Shown here in pieces: positions 19,132 through 29,324 of a stretch of DNA of 59,656 bases (the first letter of the stretch is position 1; every line of letters begins with the position of its first letter). Source of the DNA: Candidatus Heimdallarchaeota archaeon (lineage in GTDB: Archaea > Asgardarchaeota > Heimdallarchaeia > Hodarchaeales > Hodarchaeaceae); NCBI GenBank assembly GCA_011364965.1, contig RDOB01000010.1, positions 1-59,656 on the forward strand, given 5' to 3'. Below the pieces are notes generated by a model. It was given only the letters and a program-made list of their open reading frames with translations. It ran no database searches and was not told where the DNA came from. The position numbers and the translations under genes are program-made.

Positions 19132-20025
19132 TTATTCTCCTTCGGGTTCTTTAGGTTTTTTCTCAGATGGGATCGGTTTAACACCATAAACACCGACTGG
19201 CGGGAGACCTAGGCTACCTGAATCTCCACCTATTGAACCTGCATTAAAACCAGCAATTGGAATATTGGCTGGAATCAACATAATCGTAGCTCCACCTTCT
19301 GTTGCAGCCTCAAAGAGCAGGTTGATCCAACGAAGCTCCATAGCATGGGGGGATGTTGCATATTTTTCTGCAGCTTCAATCATACCCATAGCAGCTTCCT
19401 TTTCAGCTTGTGCTAGTGTAATACGAGCACGGCGTTCTCTTTCAGCCTCAGCTTGTCGCGAGATAGCCTCTTGAAGACGACCTGGTACAACAACATCTCG
19501 AATTTCTACTGAAATAATTTTAATACCCCATTCCTCGGTCTTATGGTCAACTAATTCCTGCATATGATGAGCGATCTTTTCTCGGTCCGCTAGAACCTCG
19601 TCCAGCTCCACTTGACCAGTAACCTCACGTAATGTCGTTTGAGCGACCCATTGAGTGGCGGCAGCGTACTGTTCAACCTCTAAAATTGTCTTTTCCGTGT
19701 CTACTACACGGAAAAAAAGAACTGCATCAATTGAAACAGGGACATTATCGCGGGTTAAACTCTGTTCAGACCTGAAAGAATAGGTCTGGATACGAGTACT
19801 TATGATTGTAGGAATACGGTCTATCCCAGGTAAAATAAAGAAGAGACCTGGCCCTTTCAGCCCAATATAGCGACCCAAACGGAGAACTGGAGCACGTTCC
19901 CACTCCTTAACTATGCGTATACCTGATAGAAGGTAAATCACCAAAAATATGAGGCCTATAAAACCTAGAATTCCCAAAAAGCCTAAATCTGCAGCACTTT
20001 GGGCAAAAAAGCTCATTAAATTCAT
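19132..20025 (-). CDS. SPFH/band-7 stomatin-like protein
   Basis: N-terminal TM, EWERA..RLGR, TRDNV, AQTTLR, EWGIKI..VEIRD, QAEAERERRA. Confidence 0.95.
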   Translation of the reverse strand: MNLMSFFAQSAADLGFLGILGFIGLIFLVIYLLSGIRIVKEWERAPVLRLGRYIGLKGPGLFFILPGIDRIPTIISTRIQTYSFRSEQSLTRDNVPVSIDAVLFFRVVDTEKTILEVEQYAAATQWVAQTTLREVTGQVELDEVLADREKIAHHMQELVDHKTEEWGIKIISVEIRDVVVPGRLQEAISRQAEAERERRARITLAQAEKEAAMGMIEAAEKYATSPHAMELRWINLLFEAATEGGATIMLIPANIPIAGFNAGSIGGDSGSLGLPPVGVYGVKPIPSEKKPKEPEGE

Positions 20026-20052
20026 TAATATCCTTTCCTTATCGTCTCTTGA

Positions 20053-20070
20053 AGTTTAATATATTAAACT
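20053..20070. promoter_or_regulatory. Perfect 18-bp palindrome over the TATA region of the stomatin gene
   Basis: AGTTTAATATATTAAACT, 28-45 nt upstream of the ATG at 20025. Confidence 0.45.
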
Positions 20071-20355
20071 AAGCTCTTACGAACTTGTACCTTTTTAAAC
20101 TAGTAGGTAGTGGAATCCCCTCCTTGAATATTTATAAGAATAATTCCGTTAGAAAGGTTAGTTAGAGAAGATATTTCCCAGCTCGTCTGAAGCTTCCTTA
20201 TGCTTTCCCAGTTTTCTTTAGATCTTAAGGAATCTTCTTGAGAGAGATTTTTAATCCCGTTTTTAAATTCAAATTGCATCAAAAACAAGAATTTTCCTAT
20301 TTAAGCTTCAAAAGAGAAATCTCTTAACCTGATTTAATTTGTAAGTAGGATCAAT

Positions 20356-20640
20356 AAAAATGAAAGGTATGCAGGAGGAGTAGGGGGTATAGATAGTGAC
20401 TTTTTAATAGTCTGCGATTATTTTGAAAGTATAATGATCTTTCCAATCCCCACTTTCATTGATAGTGGAGAATTAAATTAGATTAAAATCATAGATGATT
20501 TTTTTTATTGTAGATGGTTTTGATGGTCTCCAGATAATTGATAAATCTGATATGAATGAAATTTTCAAAAATGTATAGATAGTGATCCTTCTTCCAATCT
20601 TGTGTACCTTGGAAGAGCAGAAAGTGGGATCAAAAAATAA
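20356..20640 (+). pseudogene. Decayed LVIVD-repeat (beta-propeller) protein remnant
   Basis: Fragments DSDFLIVCDYFESIMIF; DSGELN*IKIIDDF / FIVDGFDGLQIIDKSD; SNLVYLGRAESGIK, broken by stops and frameshifts. Confidence 0.6.
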
Positions 20641-20799
20641 AATATACGTTCAGACCTAAAGAAAGGACTATTTTATGTTCAAATTCCTTAAATGATTTTA
20701 ATTTATAGAAGAAAATTGAAATAAAAATGATTGTAGTTCTTTTATAGATTTAACGAAACAATCTTCAAGTTAGATACCGAAATCATTAGAGCGGATAGA

Positions 20800-21207
20800 A
20801 TGTCATTTGTGAAATTTATTGTTGAATTTTCTATTATCGGACAATCCTCTGTTGGACGGGCCACTTTTCAAAGGAAATTTGCACCGAAAACGGTTTCTTT
20901 ATTACGATTTCAACTTCGAAAACCAATTCAATCACGGATTGTAGTTCGTGATGGGGAGGTTGCCATTCCTTTTAAAATTGGTCGTGCAGGACCTGAAAAT
21001 TCTATTCAAGATGTTAAACGGGGGCAAATAGTTTATTGGACTCAAAGTCAAGTATTAATTATTATCTTAAACGATAAAACTATGGAGTATCCAGTCAACT
21101 TAGTAGGTCATGCAGATGAATTGGGCTTTTTTGATCAATTAAGAATTGGAAAATCAATTAAATTGGAGAAAGTGGAACCAGCAATTGATGAAGAAGATTA
21201 CCTATAA
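20800..21207 (+). CDS. Cyclophilin-like fold protein (DUF369/TM1367-like)
   Basis: APKTV, EN...DVKRGQIVYW, YPVNLVG. Confidence 0.75.
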   Translation: MSFVKFIVEFSIIGQSSVGRATFQRKFAPKTVSLLRFQLRKPIQSRIVVRDGEVAIPFKIGRAGPENSIQDVKRGQIVYWTQSQVLIIILNDKTMEYPVNLVGHADELGFFDQLRIGKSIKLEKVEPAIDEEDYL

Positions 21208-21232
21208 CAGATCGTTACAATTATAAGTTACT

Positions 21233-21964
21233 TCATTGACCAAAAAAGAGTCTATCAGCCAAGCGTGCTGGCAAACCAGCATTAAGAATGTCACGAGCAA
21301 CTTCCCGTATGTCATATTCAGCCCTAATCCAATCTAGCTTTAAATTTGAATCCGTATTAATCTCCACTATGCCAGCAGATGCTCTCGGATTATTATCCCT
21401 GGGTTGTCCTACCGATCCAGGATTGAAAATTACTTTTCCTGCCTCATTCTGATAAATTAAGGGAATATGAGTATGTCCGACTAACATAATATGGTTTGCA
21501 CCAATCATGTCAAGTAGTTCATCCTTACGTTTCTTAGGATCATCTGGATAAATGTAATCTGTCAAATGTTCTTTGGGAGATGCATGAGTAATATAAAATT
21601 TCACCCCCCTCTCCTCTATCTCAACTTTCTCATTCTTGGTTAATAGTGAAAGGAAAGTTTTTGAATAAGTAGATAATTGATCAAAGGTCCAGAGTACTGC
21701 ATCTTTAGCAGCAAGATTAAAACCATTTGCGTTACCTGCGGCGCAAGCTACATCATGATTTCCGATTACGGAAACATCGAAAGTCTCTGCAATCTTTATC
21801 ATTTCATTAGGATGGGGGCCATATCCTACAAGATCTCCCAAACACACGGTATAATCAATGTTTGACCCATACAATTCATTAATCTTGTCTCGCACCGCAT
21901 AGTAAGCTGTAACATTACTATGCAGATCAGCTAGTAATAAGATTCTTAGAGGACGGGTACTCAT
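21233..21964 (-). CDS. Calcineurin-like metallophosphoesterase (YfcE/MJ0912-like)
   Basis: DLHSN, GDLVGYG, GNHD, GHTH, NPGSVGQPRD. Confidence 0.93.
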   Translation of the reverse strand: MSTRPLRILLLADLHSNVTAYYAVRDKINELYGSNIDYTVCLGDLVGYGPHPNEMIKIAETFDVSVIGNHDVACAAGNANGFNLAAKDAVLWTFDQLSTYSKTFLSLLTKNEKVEIEERGVKFYITHASPKEHLTDYIYPDDPKKRKDELLDMIGANHIMLVGHTHIPLIYQNEAGKVIFNPGSVGQPRDNNPRASAGIVEINTDSNLKLDWIRAEYDIREVARDILNAGLPARLADRLFFGQ

Positions 21965-22005
21965 GATATCAATACCTTGAGGAATTTTAGATGTCTTCCT
22001 TTCCC

Positions 22006-22030
22006 AAAAAAGGAAAAGAAGAAGAAGAAG
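22006..22030 (-). terminator. Polypyrimidine terminator after the proteasome alpha gene
   Basis: Minus strand CTTCTTCTTCTTCTTTTCCTTTTTT. Confidence 0.55.
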
Positions 22031-22693
22031 TTAATCTGTTGTTAGAATACGAATTTCGACTTCCTTTTCTGTAAGAGAATCTTTTTTACCCAGAGCAGTG
22101 GTCATTATCTCCAGTACCATCTTCTTAGCAGATTCAACATCAAGTCCAGGCTTATATTGTTTTCGTAATGCATCAATAACCCGTTCATTCCCGCTCCCAG
22201 CTGCGTATGCATTAACTGCAAAGTATGATCCTCCATTGTCAACAAAATATAATTCTGACTCTTTATCGATAGGACTGAAGCCAGCTAATAGTATGGCAGT
22301 TCCAAAAGGCCTGAGACCACCAGTAATAGTATGTCGGGCCATCAAATCGCCTAAACGGGCCGCTAGTGCTCGTACAGAAATTTTTTCTCCATAAACTAAT
22401 CGATGTTGCTGAGCTACTATTCTTGCTTGTCCAATTAGGAGATTAGAGTCAGTTGATAAGCCAGCAGCAACAATATAGAGATTATTATCAATTTCTTGAA
22501 TTTTATCTGGTCTAACTACTAGAGGGTCAAAAAGTGTCTCTCCTGCAAGAAGAATTGTCTTCTCATCAAGAACTAATCCAACTGCTGCAGCACCACGCTC
22601 TGAAGCTTTACGAGCATAGGATAATTGTACTAATTCACCATCAGGTGACCAAATTGCTGCACTTTTATCATAAGGAATACGTGAATCATACAT
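22031..22693 (-). CDS. psmA: 20S proteasome alpha subunit (divergent paralog)
   Basis: YDKSAAIWSPDGELVQLSYA, KIQEID, GGLRPFG; ATG at 22693 after GAGGTG. Confidence 0.92.
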   Translation of the reverse strand: MYDSRIPYDKSAAIWSPDGELVQLSYARKASERGAAAVGLVLDEKTILLAGETLFDPLVVRPDKIQEIDNNLYIVAAGLSTDSNLLIGQARIVAQQHRLVYGEKISVRALAARLGDLMARHTITGGLRPFGTAILLAGFSPIDKESELYFVDNGGSYFAVNAYAAGSGNERVIDALRKQYKPGLDVESAKKMVLEIMTTALGKKDSLTEKEVEIRILTTD

Positions 22694-22704
22694 TTTTTTA
22701 CACC

Positions 22705-23355
22705 TCACAACTCCACATGAAATTCTTCAGAATCTTTCTCTGTTATTATAATGCCATCAATGCCATTTCCAGTGGCTGTGTCTCTCCCAATGGCTGTTTT
22801 CAACGATGTGATAGCGATTTCTTTGGCTTTTTCCTTGGGAAGATCATCTTTCCAATTGGATTCTAATATAGCCATCGCAAGGAGAGTTCCTGACCCGATT
22901 GCCATATAATCTTCCTCAGAAAGAGAACCACTTGGATCGAGGACATAAACATGACTTCCACGACGGTCAACCCCTCCAACAAGGAGTTGTACCCACCAAG
23001 GTTGATATCGACGATAAGAACCATGTATAATTGCTGCTAACAGACTTGATGCAACCTTGACGCTCGGACGAAAATTATTTTCAAGTTGGTAAAGTCGTAG
23101 TTCGCTTTGCATGATATCAATTAATGATTGGGCATCAGATACTAATCCTGCGATGCCTATGCCGGTATATTCATTAAGCTTATGAACCTTTTTTGCATGT
23201 GTACTTGCAATGAATGTTCCCATGGAAGCACGTCTATCTGCTGCGATGATCACGCCACCAGCAAATTTTAGAGCGACACCTGTCGTACCCACGACAGGGG
23301 GAATTTGAGTTGGATCTTTTCCACTATTAAATAACGGATTTGTGGGATAATTCAT
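22705..23355 (-). CDS. psmB: 20S proteasome beta subunit
   Basis: Propeptide then G|TT, AADRRAS, KKV, GLVSDAQ, GSG, RDTATG. Confidence 0.95.
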   Translation of the reverse strand: MNYPTNPLFNSGKDPTQIPPVVGTTGVALKFAGGVIIAADRRASMGTFIASTHAKKVHKLNEYTGIGIAGLVSDAQSLIDIMQSELRLYQLENNFRPSVKVASSLLAAIIHGSYRRYQPWWVQLLVGGVDRRGSHVYVLDPSGSLSEEDYMAIGSGTLLAMAILESNWKDDLPKEKAKEIAITSLKTAIGRDTATGNGIDGIIITEKDSEEFHVEL

Positions 23356-23554
23356 AGTTATTTTCTCCTAAAATTCAGTTTTAAGATGATTTGTAAAAGT
23401 TTTCTTTCATATGAGCTCTTTACAATATACTAATATTATGACTAGGTAGAAAAGTTTTAGGTCACAATGTACCCTTTTCTTCGCCATATCCTCCTAATGC
23501 TTAAACCAGCAGAATTTCTATTATTTCGAATTATAATATCAAAATAATCTTTAA

Positions 23555-26500
23555 TTATAATTCGATATAAAGGGCGGGTTTCATAGGTTGGGCACGTGAC
23601 GCACGATTCATTGGATCTTTGACATCTTCACTTTCAGCAACATAATATTCTACTGGACAGGCGAAAATCTTCTTGAGATATTCTATGCAACCTGTGATCG
23701 CTTGTTTTTCTTTTTCAGAACCTATAAATGTTTTTCTAAATATTTTTGCATCTCCACGAATGGATTTCAATTCTTTAGCTATTTCAGACATCTTAGGCTG
23801 AAATTGGGGGCTTTTTTTCAATTCAGACATAACTGTTCCCATATTGAAAGCCCCCTCGCCAATTATTTCTGCGATTGCTTTATAAAGAAACTGTTTCCAT
23901 TCAGGTGCAATAAAAATTGATATTTTTGAAGCATCTGAACGTTTTAATCCCAAAATTGAACGAGCATCTTCAATTAAGTCGCTTATAAAATCTAATTGGT
24001 GATGTAGAATATCTGCATCTGCTGGAACTTCTATTTTGGGGAGTAAGCGGAGAGAACAGAACTCATTTTTTCCTAATTTTTCATTTAATTCTTCGCACAT
24101 ATGAGGTATTAAAGGACTTAAAATTACAATCCAAGAATCTATAATTTCCTGTAATGCAGCCATCCTTTCCTCTTCTACAATACCTTCTGAAGACTTATAA
24201 TATTGTTCTACTTCCTTTAATATTAAGTGAAAACCACTGGATACATATTCTCGCCCATTATATGCTTCTAAATACATTATTGCGTCATTCAAATGCTGTA
24301 AACATGTCGCAATGAAAGCACGAGTCATGAATGATGCTTTTTCTATGTCAAATTTCTTGGTGTCTTTAATACTTATGATTTCATTTGCTATATTCCAAAA
24401 CTTACGTAAGCGTGCGACAGAAGTAGCAATACCTTCCTCAGTCCAATTTAAAACTGTATCAGCAGATCCTGCAGCTACAAGGTAGAAGCGTGTAACATCA
24501 ACTGAATATTGTTTAGGTAGATGAGCAATTGGAATGATATTTCCTGCAGATTTTGACATCTTTTCACCCTCACGTATTAATAGTTCATTTAAGGAGAAGC
24601 ATTTTAACCAATATTTCTCTGGAAATATTGCCACATGATGGAATATAGCAAACGATAAGTGATTACCTATATGTGCAATTGCGGTGTGCCTCAAATCATT
24701 TGGATACCAGTACTCAAACTCGTTTTTCATTGCTGATAGTATATCAGGATTGATTCCAGTCTTCTGGGCAACTTTTACTTTGCTACCCCGACTTAAAAAG
24801 ACATAATCAAAGAATTCGGGAATTAATTGGGCTGCAGTAATCTTATTTTGCTTAATATGAGGAATAATTGTATAAAAAGCCATGTATATGACACTATCAC
24901 TCAAAGATTCTATAATCCAGCCTTGCCCCTTGGTTAAAGGAAATTCAGTTCCCAAGCCCCGCTTCCGAACGCAAGGACGCTTATTTAGCCAATCAAAAGT
25001 GCTCTCGAAGGAACGTCTATATTTAACAGGAACAATTTCCATATTGTCTAATGCTCGTTTAGCCTTCAATTTCCACTTGTTGTCTCCATAATTCAAAAAA
25101 TACTGATCTGGTAATACAGCAACGATTATTTTTCCACCCGATCTGGAAATTGCCTTTCTAGATGCCTCATAAAATGAATCAGCGCGTCCTTCAGCCTTTA
25201 ATGCTATTGCAACCTCTTCTTTAGCTTCCTCAACCTTTAGCCCAGCAAATTCTTCAGTATTATCCATCATAATTCCATTATAGAATTCAGTGGAATAAAT
25301 TTCTTGTGTGGCTTCTTCTAATTTCTCTATTTCGTTTTGATTCGTTATTTCCATTTGCTCTACGATTTCTACTGCAGGAAATTCGCCATACTCATCAACT
25401 GAAATCAAGGCGATGGGTTTCAATGCTTTTACTTTCTCTTTTAGACCATCATATTGTTCTATAGAAGAATTATCCTCTTGTAAATCGCGAAGCGCGATGT
25501 AATCATAAGGAGCATGTGCAGGTACTGAATACACTACTCCAGTTGCATGATCAGGGTCAACAAAGGTCGCAGGAAGAATAGGTAAAGGCCGGTTAGGAAC
25601 ACGTGGGGCAAAAGCTTCTTTACCAATCAACTTAGAACCTTGAAATTTTTCTAGAATCTTTATCCTGTGGTTTTGATGTTCCAATTTTTCAGCTGCCTCG
25701 ATAGATATAATCCAAGTCTCTTCATCATCAACCTCTACGCGACAGTAGGTTGCAGTTGGATGTAGCCAAATATTTGTTGCTCCGTATATCGTTTCTGGAC
25801 GGAAGGTTCCCGCTATCAAATAAGCATTTTCTAAAGCAAATTTCAAGGCCACAAAATCTTGAACTTCTACTTTATCAACATCTGCGTCCTTTATATCGTC
25901 TTCCCCTACAGCATTTTCTTCTTTTAAACACCATAAAATAGGATGTTCTCCTTGTACGATATATTTTTTCTTTATTAAGTGGTTATATTGCCATTCGATG
26001 AATTTGTTATATTCCACATCACCGGTTGTGAATTGTCTATGAACATCTAAACTATAACCCATGGCACGAAAATCGCTAATCATATTATTCGCAAAATACA
26101 TTGCCACATTGATGGGTTCAACAAAGGATTTGATGATTTCGTTAATTTTCTTGGGATTTGTCTCATAAATACTCACATAATCTTTATAAATATCAATAGT
26201 TTTCTTGTTACCTTCTCTTATCTTAGCAGAGACGGAGAGAACAGGAGTGCCAGTGATATGGAATGCCATTGGCCATAATGTATTATAACCTTGTTGTCTT
26301 TTAAAACGGGTAAAAACATCACCTAAAGTATAGGTTCGGGCGTGGCCAACATGAAGTGCACCGCTTGCATAAGGATAGGGAATTGTGACGAAATATTTTG
26401 GTCTTGCAGGATCTACTATTCCCTTAAAAATATCTTTTTCTTCCCATTTATTTTGCCATTTCCGTTCTATGGATCTTAAAACCGTAAAAAAGTCTTCCAT
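23555..26500 (-). CDS. leuS: Leucyl-tRNA synthetase (archaeal/eukaryal type)
   Basis: PYPYASGALHVGH, TFRPET, SVPAHAPYD editing motif, ESLSDS, KMSKS; possible CTG start at 26521. Confidence 0.97.
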   Translation of the reverse strand: MEDFFTVLRSIERKWQNKWEEKDIFKGIVDPARPKYFVTIPYPYASGALHVGHARTYTLGDVFTRFKRQQGYNTLWPMAFHITGTPVLSVSAKIREGNKKTIDIYKDYVSIYETNPKKINEIIKSFVEPINVAMYFANNMISDFRAMGYSLDVHRQFTTGDVEYNKFIEWQYNHLIKKKYIVQGEHPILWCLKEENAVGEDDIKDADVDKVEVQDFVALKFALENAYLIAGTFRPETIYGATNIWLHPTATYCRVEVDDEETWIISIEAAEKLEHQNHRIKILEKFQGSKLIGKEAFAPRVPNRPLPILPATFVDPDHATGVVYSVPAHAPYDYIALRDLQEDNSSIEQYDGLKEKVKALKPIALISVDEYGEFPAVEIVEQMEITNQNEIEKLEEATQEIYSTEFYNGIMMDNTEEFAGLKVEEAKEEVAIALKAEGRADSFYEASRKAISRSGGKIIVAVLPDQYFLNYGDNKWKLKAKRALDNMEIVPVKYRRSFESTFDWLNKRPCVRKRGLGTEFPLTKGQGWIIESLSDSVIYMAFYTIIPHIKQNKITAAQLIPEFFDYVFLSRGSKVKVAQKTGINPDILSAMKNEFEYWYPNDLRHTAIAHIGNHLSFAIFHHVAIFPEKYWLKCFSLNELLIREGEKMSKSAGNIIPIAHLPKQYSVDVTRFYLVAAGSADTVLNWTEEGIATSVARLRKFWNIANEIISIKDTKKFDIEKASFMTRAFIATCLQHLNDAIMYLEAYNGREYVSSGFHLILKEVEQYYKSSEGIVEEERMAALQEIIDSWIVILSPLIPHMCEELNEKLGKNEFCSLRLLPKIEVPADADILHHQLDFISDLIEDARSILGLKRSDASKISIFIAPEWKQFLYKAIAEIIGEGAFNMGTVMSELKKSPQFQPKMSEIAKELKSIRGDAKIFRKTFIGSEKEKQAITGCIEYLKKIFACPVEYYVAESEDVKDPMNRASRAQPMKPALYIEL

Positions 26501-26820
26501 TGATTGTTGTTGCTCACTCAGCGGGATTCACCACTATTAAATTGTTTTTTCGATCAATTGATATCTGCTTCGGGAAATCTTGAAACTTTCCTCTAGCAAT
26601 ACAAAATTTAAGAATAAGACTGGCTAAAACAGTGAGAAAACGTCCTCTTTGAGTAAAATAAGGAAATTCATCTACTGAGAACGTAATTCCTCATGAGTTT
26701 AACCTCATTTCCAAGGTTACATATTTGAACTTATAAAGATTTGGAAAATAATCTTAACCCATCTTACCTCATAATAGTAAGAAAGAATGGACATGTAATA
26801 CTGAAAATAAATCAAGATTT

Positions 26821-26850
26821 AAAAAAAAAACTGAAAAAGGAGAGGGAGGG
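26821..26850 (-). terminator. Polypyrimidine/oligo-T terminator
   Basis: Minus strand CCCTCCCTCTCCTTTTTCAGTTTTTTTTTT downstream of the wHTH gene. Confidence 0.6.
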
Positions 26851-26867
26851 CAATTATTATCAATATC

Positions 26868-27509
26868 TTAGTTAGCTTCTGGTCCTGTTTCCTCAGTAAA
26901 GGCCAAGTAGATATTATACTCGATTAATATGTGTTGAATGATATGTAAAAATTTTCTTATCGCGTTTTGCGATACATTTCTAGAAGATACAAGAATTTGA
27001 TCAGATGAGATTGCTGAAATTAATATACGAGATCCATCTTCTGCATGTATCCATTCTAATCGTCCTTCTCCATTTGAATAATAATGACCAATAAATCGAT
27101 AGTAGCTAAAGTATTTTCCCGCTAGTTTTTCAGTTAGCTGCTGTACTGGTAAATCGTTTTCTTTTCGTGTAGCAATAAAATTCTGTTGAGTATGAATACT
27201 ATCTGAAACAGATCGACGAGAAAAAGCTTTTTGTTTTTCATAATAATCTTTTAGATAATCATAATAATTAGAATCTAGTGTATAACCCCCGTCTTGATGT
27301 CGTTCAATAAGCTGATCCTCTTGGAGTCGTTCCAAGGCACGAGTAAGCTTTTGTTGATGAACATCTTTTAACACTCGCCTCAGTCCATTAAAACGAAAGG
27401 CATAGGATTTCTCTCGAGTTGAAAATTCTGAAAGTACTGTTTCTTCGAGCTGAGATCTATAGGAAAGATAATCGGGGATTGTTTCTTTCTCCGTTTGTTC
27501 AGTACTCAT
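26868..27509 (-). CDS. Winged-helix (HxlR-like) protein with an alpha/beta C-domain
   Basis: FRFNGLRRVLKDVHQQKLTRALERLQEDQLIER...GGYTL. Confidence 0.7.
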   Translation of the reverse strand: MSTEQTEKETIPDYLSYRSQLEETVLSEFSTREKSYAFRFNGLRRVLKDVHQQKLTRALERLQEDQLIERHQDGGYTLDSNYYDYLKDYYEKQKAFSRRSVSDSIHTQQNFIATRKENDLPVQQLTEKLAGKYFSYYRFIGHYYSNGEGRLEWIHAEDGSRILISAISSDQILVSSRNVSQNAIRKFLHIIQHILIEYNIYLAFTEETGPEAN

Positions 27510-27595
27510 TCTAACTCCTCACTTCAGGTGTAATCATGTTTTGATTTAATACTTCTCATACGAGTAACTTATTTATTTCATAAAAAATTGTTGAA

Positions 27596-27630
27596 AGGGG
27601 AGGAAGATTAAAGCTATTCATTTCTCCCCT
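27596..27630 (-). terminator. Hairpin after hsp20
   Basis: AGGGGAG...CTCCCCT stem followed by T-rich sequence on the minus strand. Confidence 0.45.
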
Positions 27631-28211
27631 TATTCAATGTCTACTTTGAATTTTTTGGTCTTTTTTTCTGTTTCTTTCTTCGCACGGATTTCTAGTACAC
27701 CATTCTTAATTGAGCTTTTGGTGCTTTTTGGAATAATCCTTGAAGGGAGATTAATGGATTTGTTCAGCTCTTTTCCACGATCAGCTTTTCCTGTTAAATG
27801 AATTTGTGTTCCGTCTTCAGTAACCTCGATATTGAGATCCTGCTTAGTAAAACCAGGAAGTTCGACAATGATTGAAAGATTTTCTTCCTCATTAATGAAA
27901 TCCACAGTATTATCTTGTTGGAATTCCCTAGATTCTAATTGAGGAGTTGAAAAATTCATGAAGGGATTCTCCACTGGTGGAAGTCCTTTTTGAGAACGAA
28001 AATCATTGATATTTCCCCATTGACGTACTTCTGGTTGATAATTGGTCTCAGGACCAATTTTCACTGAGTATCCATAGGTTATGGGTTCACCCTCTACATA
28101 TTTCGAGGAATTAGATCCTCTTAGCTGATTAAATTCTTCTTCAAAGGATCTAAAGAAGTTATCAAAGTTGAAACCCCAAATATCGTCTATAAATCGTCTT
28201 TTATCGTTCAT
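27630..28211 (-). CDS. hsp20: Small heat shock protein (Hsp20)
   Basis: YGYSVKIGP...PEVRQWGN (archaeal sHsp), ELPG, KNGVLEI, C-terminal VDI; ATG at 28211 after AGGTGA. Confidence 0.93.
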   Translation of the reverse strand: MNDKRRFIDDIWGFNFDNFFRSFEEEFNQLRGSNSSKYVEGEPITYGYSVKIGPETNYQPEVRQWGNINDFRSQKGLPPVENPFMNFSTPQLESREFQQDNTVDFINEEENLSIIVELPGFTKQDLNIEVTEDGTQIHLTGKADRGKELNKSINLPSRIIPKSTKSSIKNGVLEIRAKKETEKKTKKFKVDIE

Positions 28212-28280
28212 ATTAATCACCTTTGAGTGGTATTTTCAATCATTACATTAATTCTCATTGCTTTTAAATTTTTCGATTAT

Positions 28281-28311
28281 GTGAATAAAATAGAAAAGCG
28301 TGAATAAAATA
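28281..28311. promoter_or_regulatory. Direct repeat in the hsp20/uppP divergent promoter
   Basis: GTGAATAAAATA at 28281 and 28300. Confidence 0.4.
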
Positions 28312-28455
28312 ATTCTAATAACTCTTCTAGGTTATTTCTTGTATTTTCATTTAAATTTCATTAAATTCACAATTGAAACCTTTTGTTTTGACTCACTATC
28401 AAAACAACAATAATATTATTCTGGATTACAAAATTCCTTTGGAGACGAACTCAAT

Positions 28456-29313
28456 ATGGTAGATGTCTTTCAAACAATAATCTTTTCCATTCTTCAAGGT
28501 ATTATTGAATGGCTACCAATTTCATCAGAAGGTCAACTTTCTTTATTTTTTATAAATGTAATCGGAATGTCAGAACTTGAAGCTATCACACTTGCAATAT
28601 TATTACATCTAGGAACCATGATTTCAGTTATATGGGTTTTCAGAGCAGATTTCATTGATATGTTGGATCTAAGGAACAATATGACAAGATTTACTATTGT
28701 AGCAACATTTGGAACTGCGATATCTGCTGTCCCAATTGTGTTCTTTCTTAAGGATTTTTGGGAGGAATGGACCGCTTTGCTCCCGATTGATACCTCTTTT
28801 CTATTCACGGTTTTAATTGGCTTGTTTCTTATCTTTACTGGGTTTATTTTATCCAAGCAACCAAAGCAAGGATCTCGAGAAATCAATTTATTAACTCAAG
28901 ATGAACTTATCCAAATTGGCTTTTTTGTTGGATTAGCACAAGGATTTTCTGCATTGCCTGGTATAAGTCGTAGTGGAATGACCATCACGACACTTTTATT
29001 TTTTGGATTAATTCAGAAAGATGCTCTTAAAACTAGTTTCATAATTTCGGTTCCTGCTGTACTTGGAGCTACTGGTCTAGAATTTCTTTTAACTGGATTT
29101 ACATTGCAATCAAACTCATTATTGATCGGCGCGATTACATATCCATATGAATTGCTAATTTTCACGATTTTGCTGACTGCTATTGTTGGGGTACTAACTA
29201 TGGAAGGATTACTTAAGCTAAAGTCACTCCCATATGATAAATTTTGTATAGGATTTGGAACCTTTACTGTAGTGGTAGCGATATTTCTAAATATATTGAT
29301 AATAATTTTTTAG
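28456..29313 (+). CDS. uppP: Undecaprenyl/polyprenyl-diphosphate phosphatase (BacA)
   Basis: LQGIIEWLPISSEG, LHLGT, PGISRSG.T, SFIISVPA. Confidence 0.93.
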   Translation: MVDVFQTIIFSILQGIIEWLPISSEGQLSLFFINVIGMSELEAITLAILLHLGTMISVIWVFRADFIDMLDLRNNMTRFTIVATFGTAISAVPIVFFLKDFWEEWTALLPIDTSFLFTVLIGLFLIFTGFILSKQPKQGSREINLLTQDELIQIGFFVGLAQGFSALPGISRSGMTITTLLFFGLIQKDALKTSFIISVPAVLGATGLEFLLTGFTLQSNSLLIGAITYPYELLIFTILLTAIVGVLTMEGLLKLKSLPYDKFCIGFGTFTVVVAIFLNILIIIF

Positions 29314-29324
29314 AGGAATAAAAA

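Noticed and set aside
20100-20288. 62-aa minus-strand ORF
   Set aside because: No SD or recognisable motif; lies in a degraded intergenic region.
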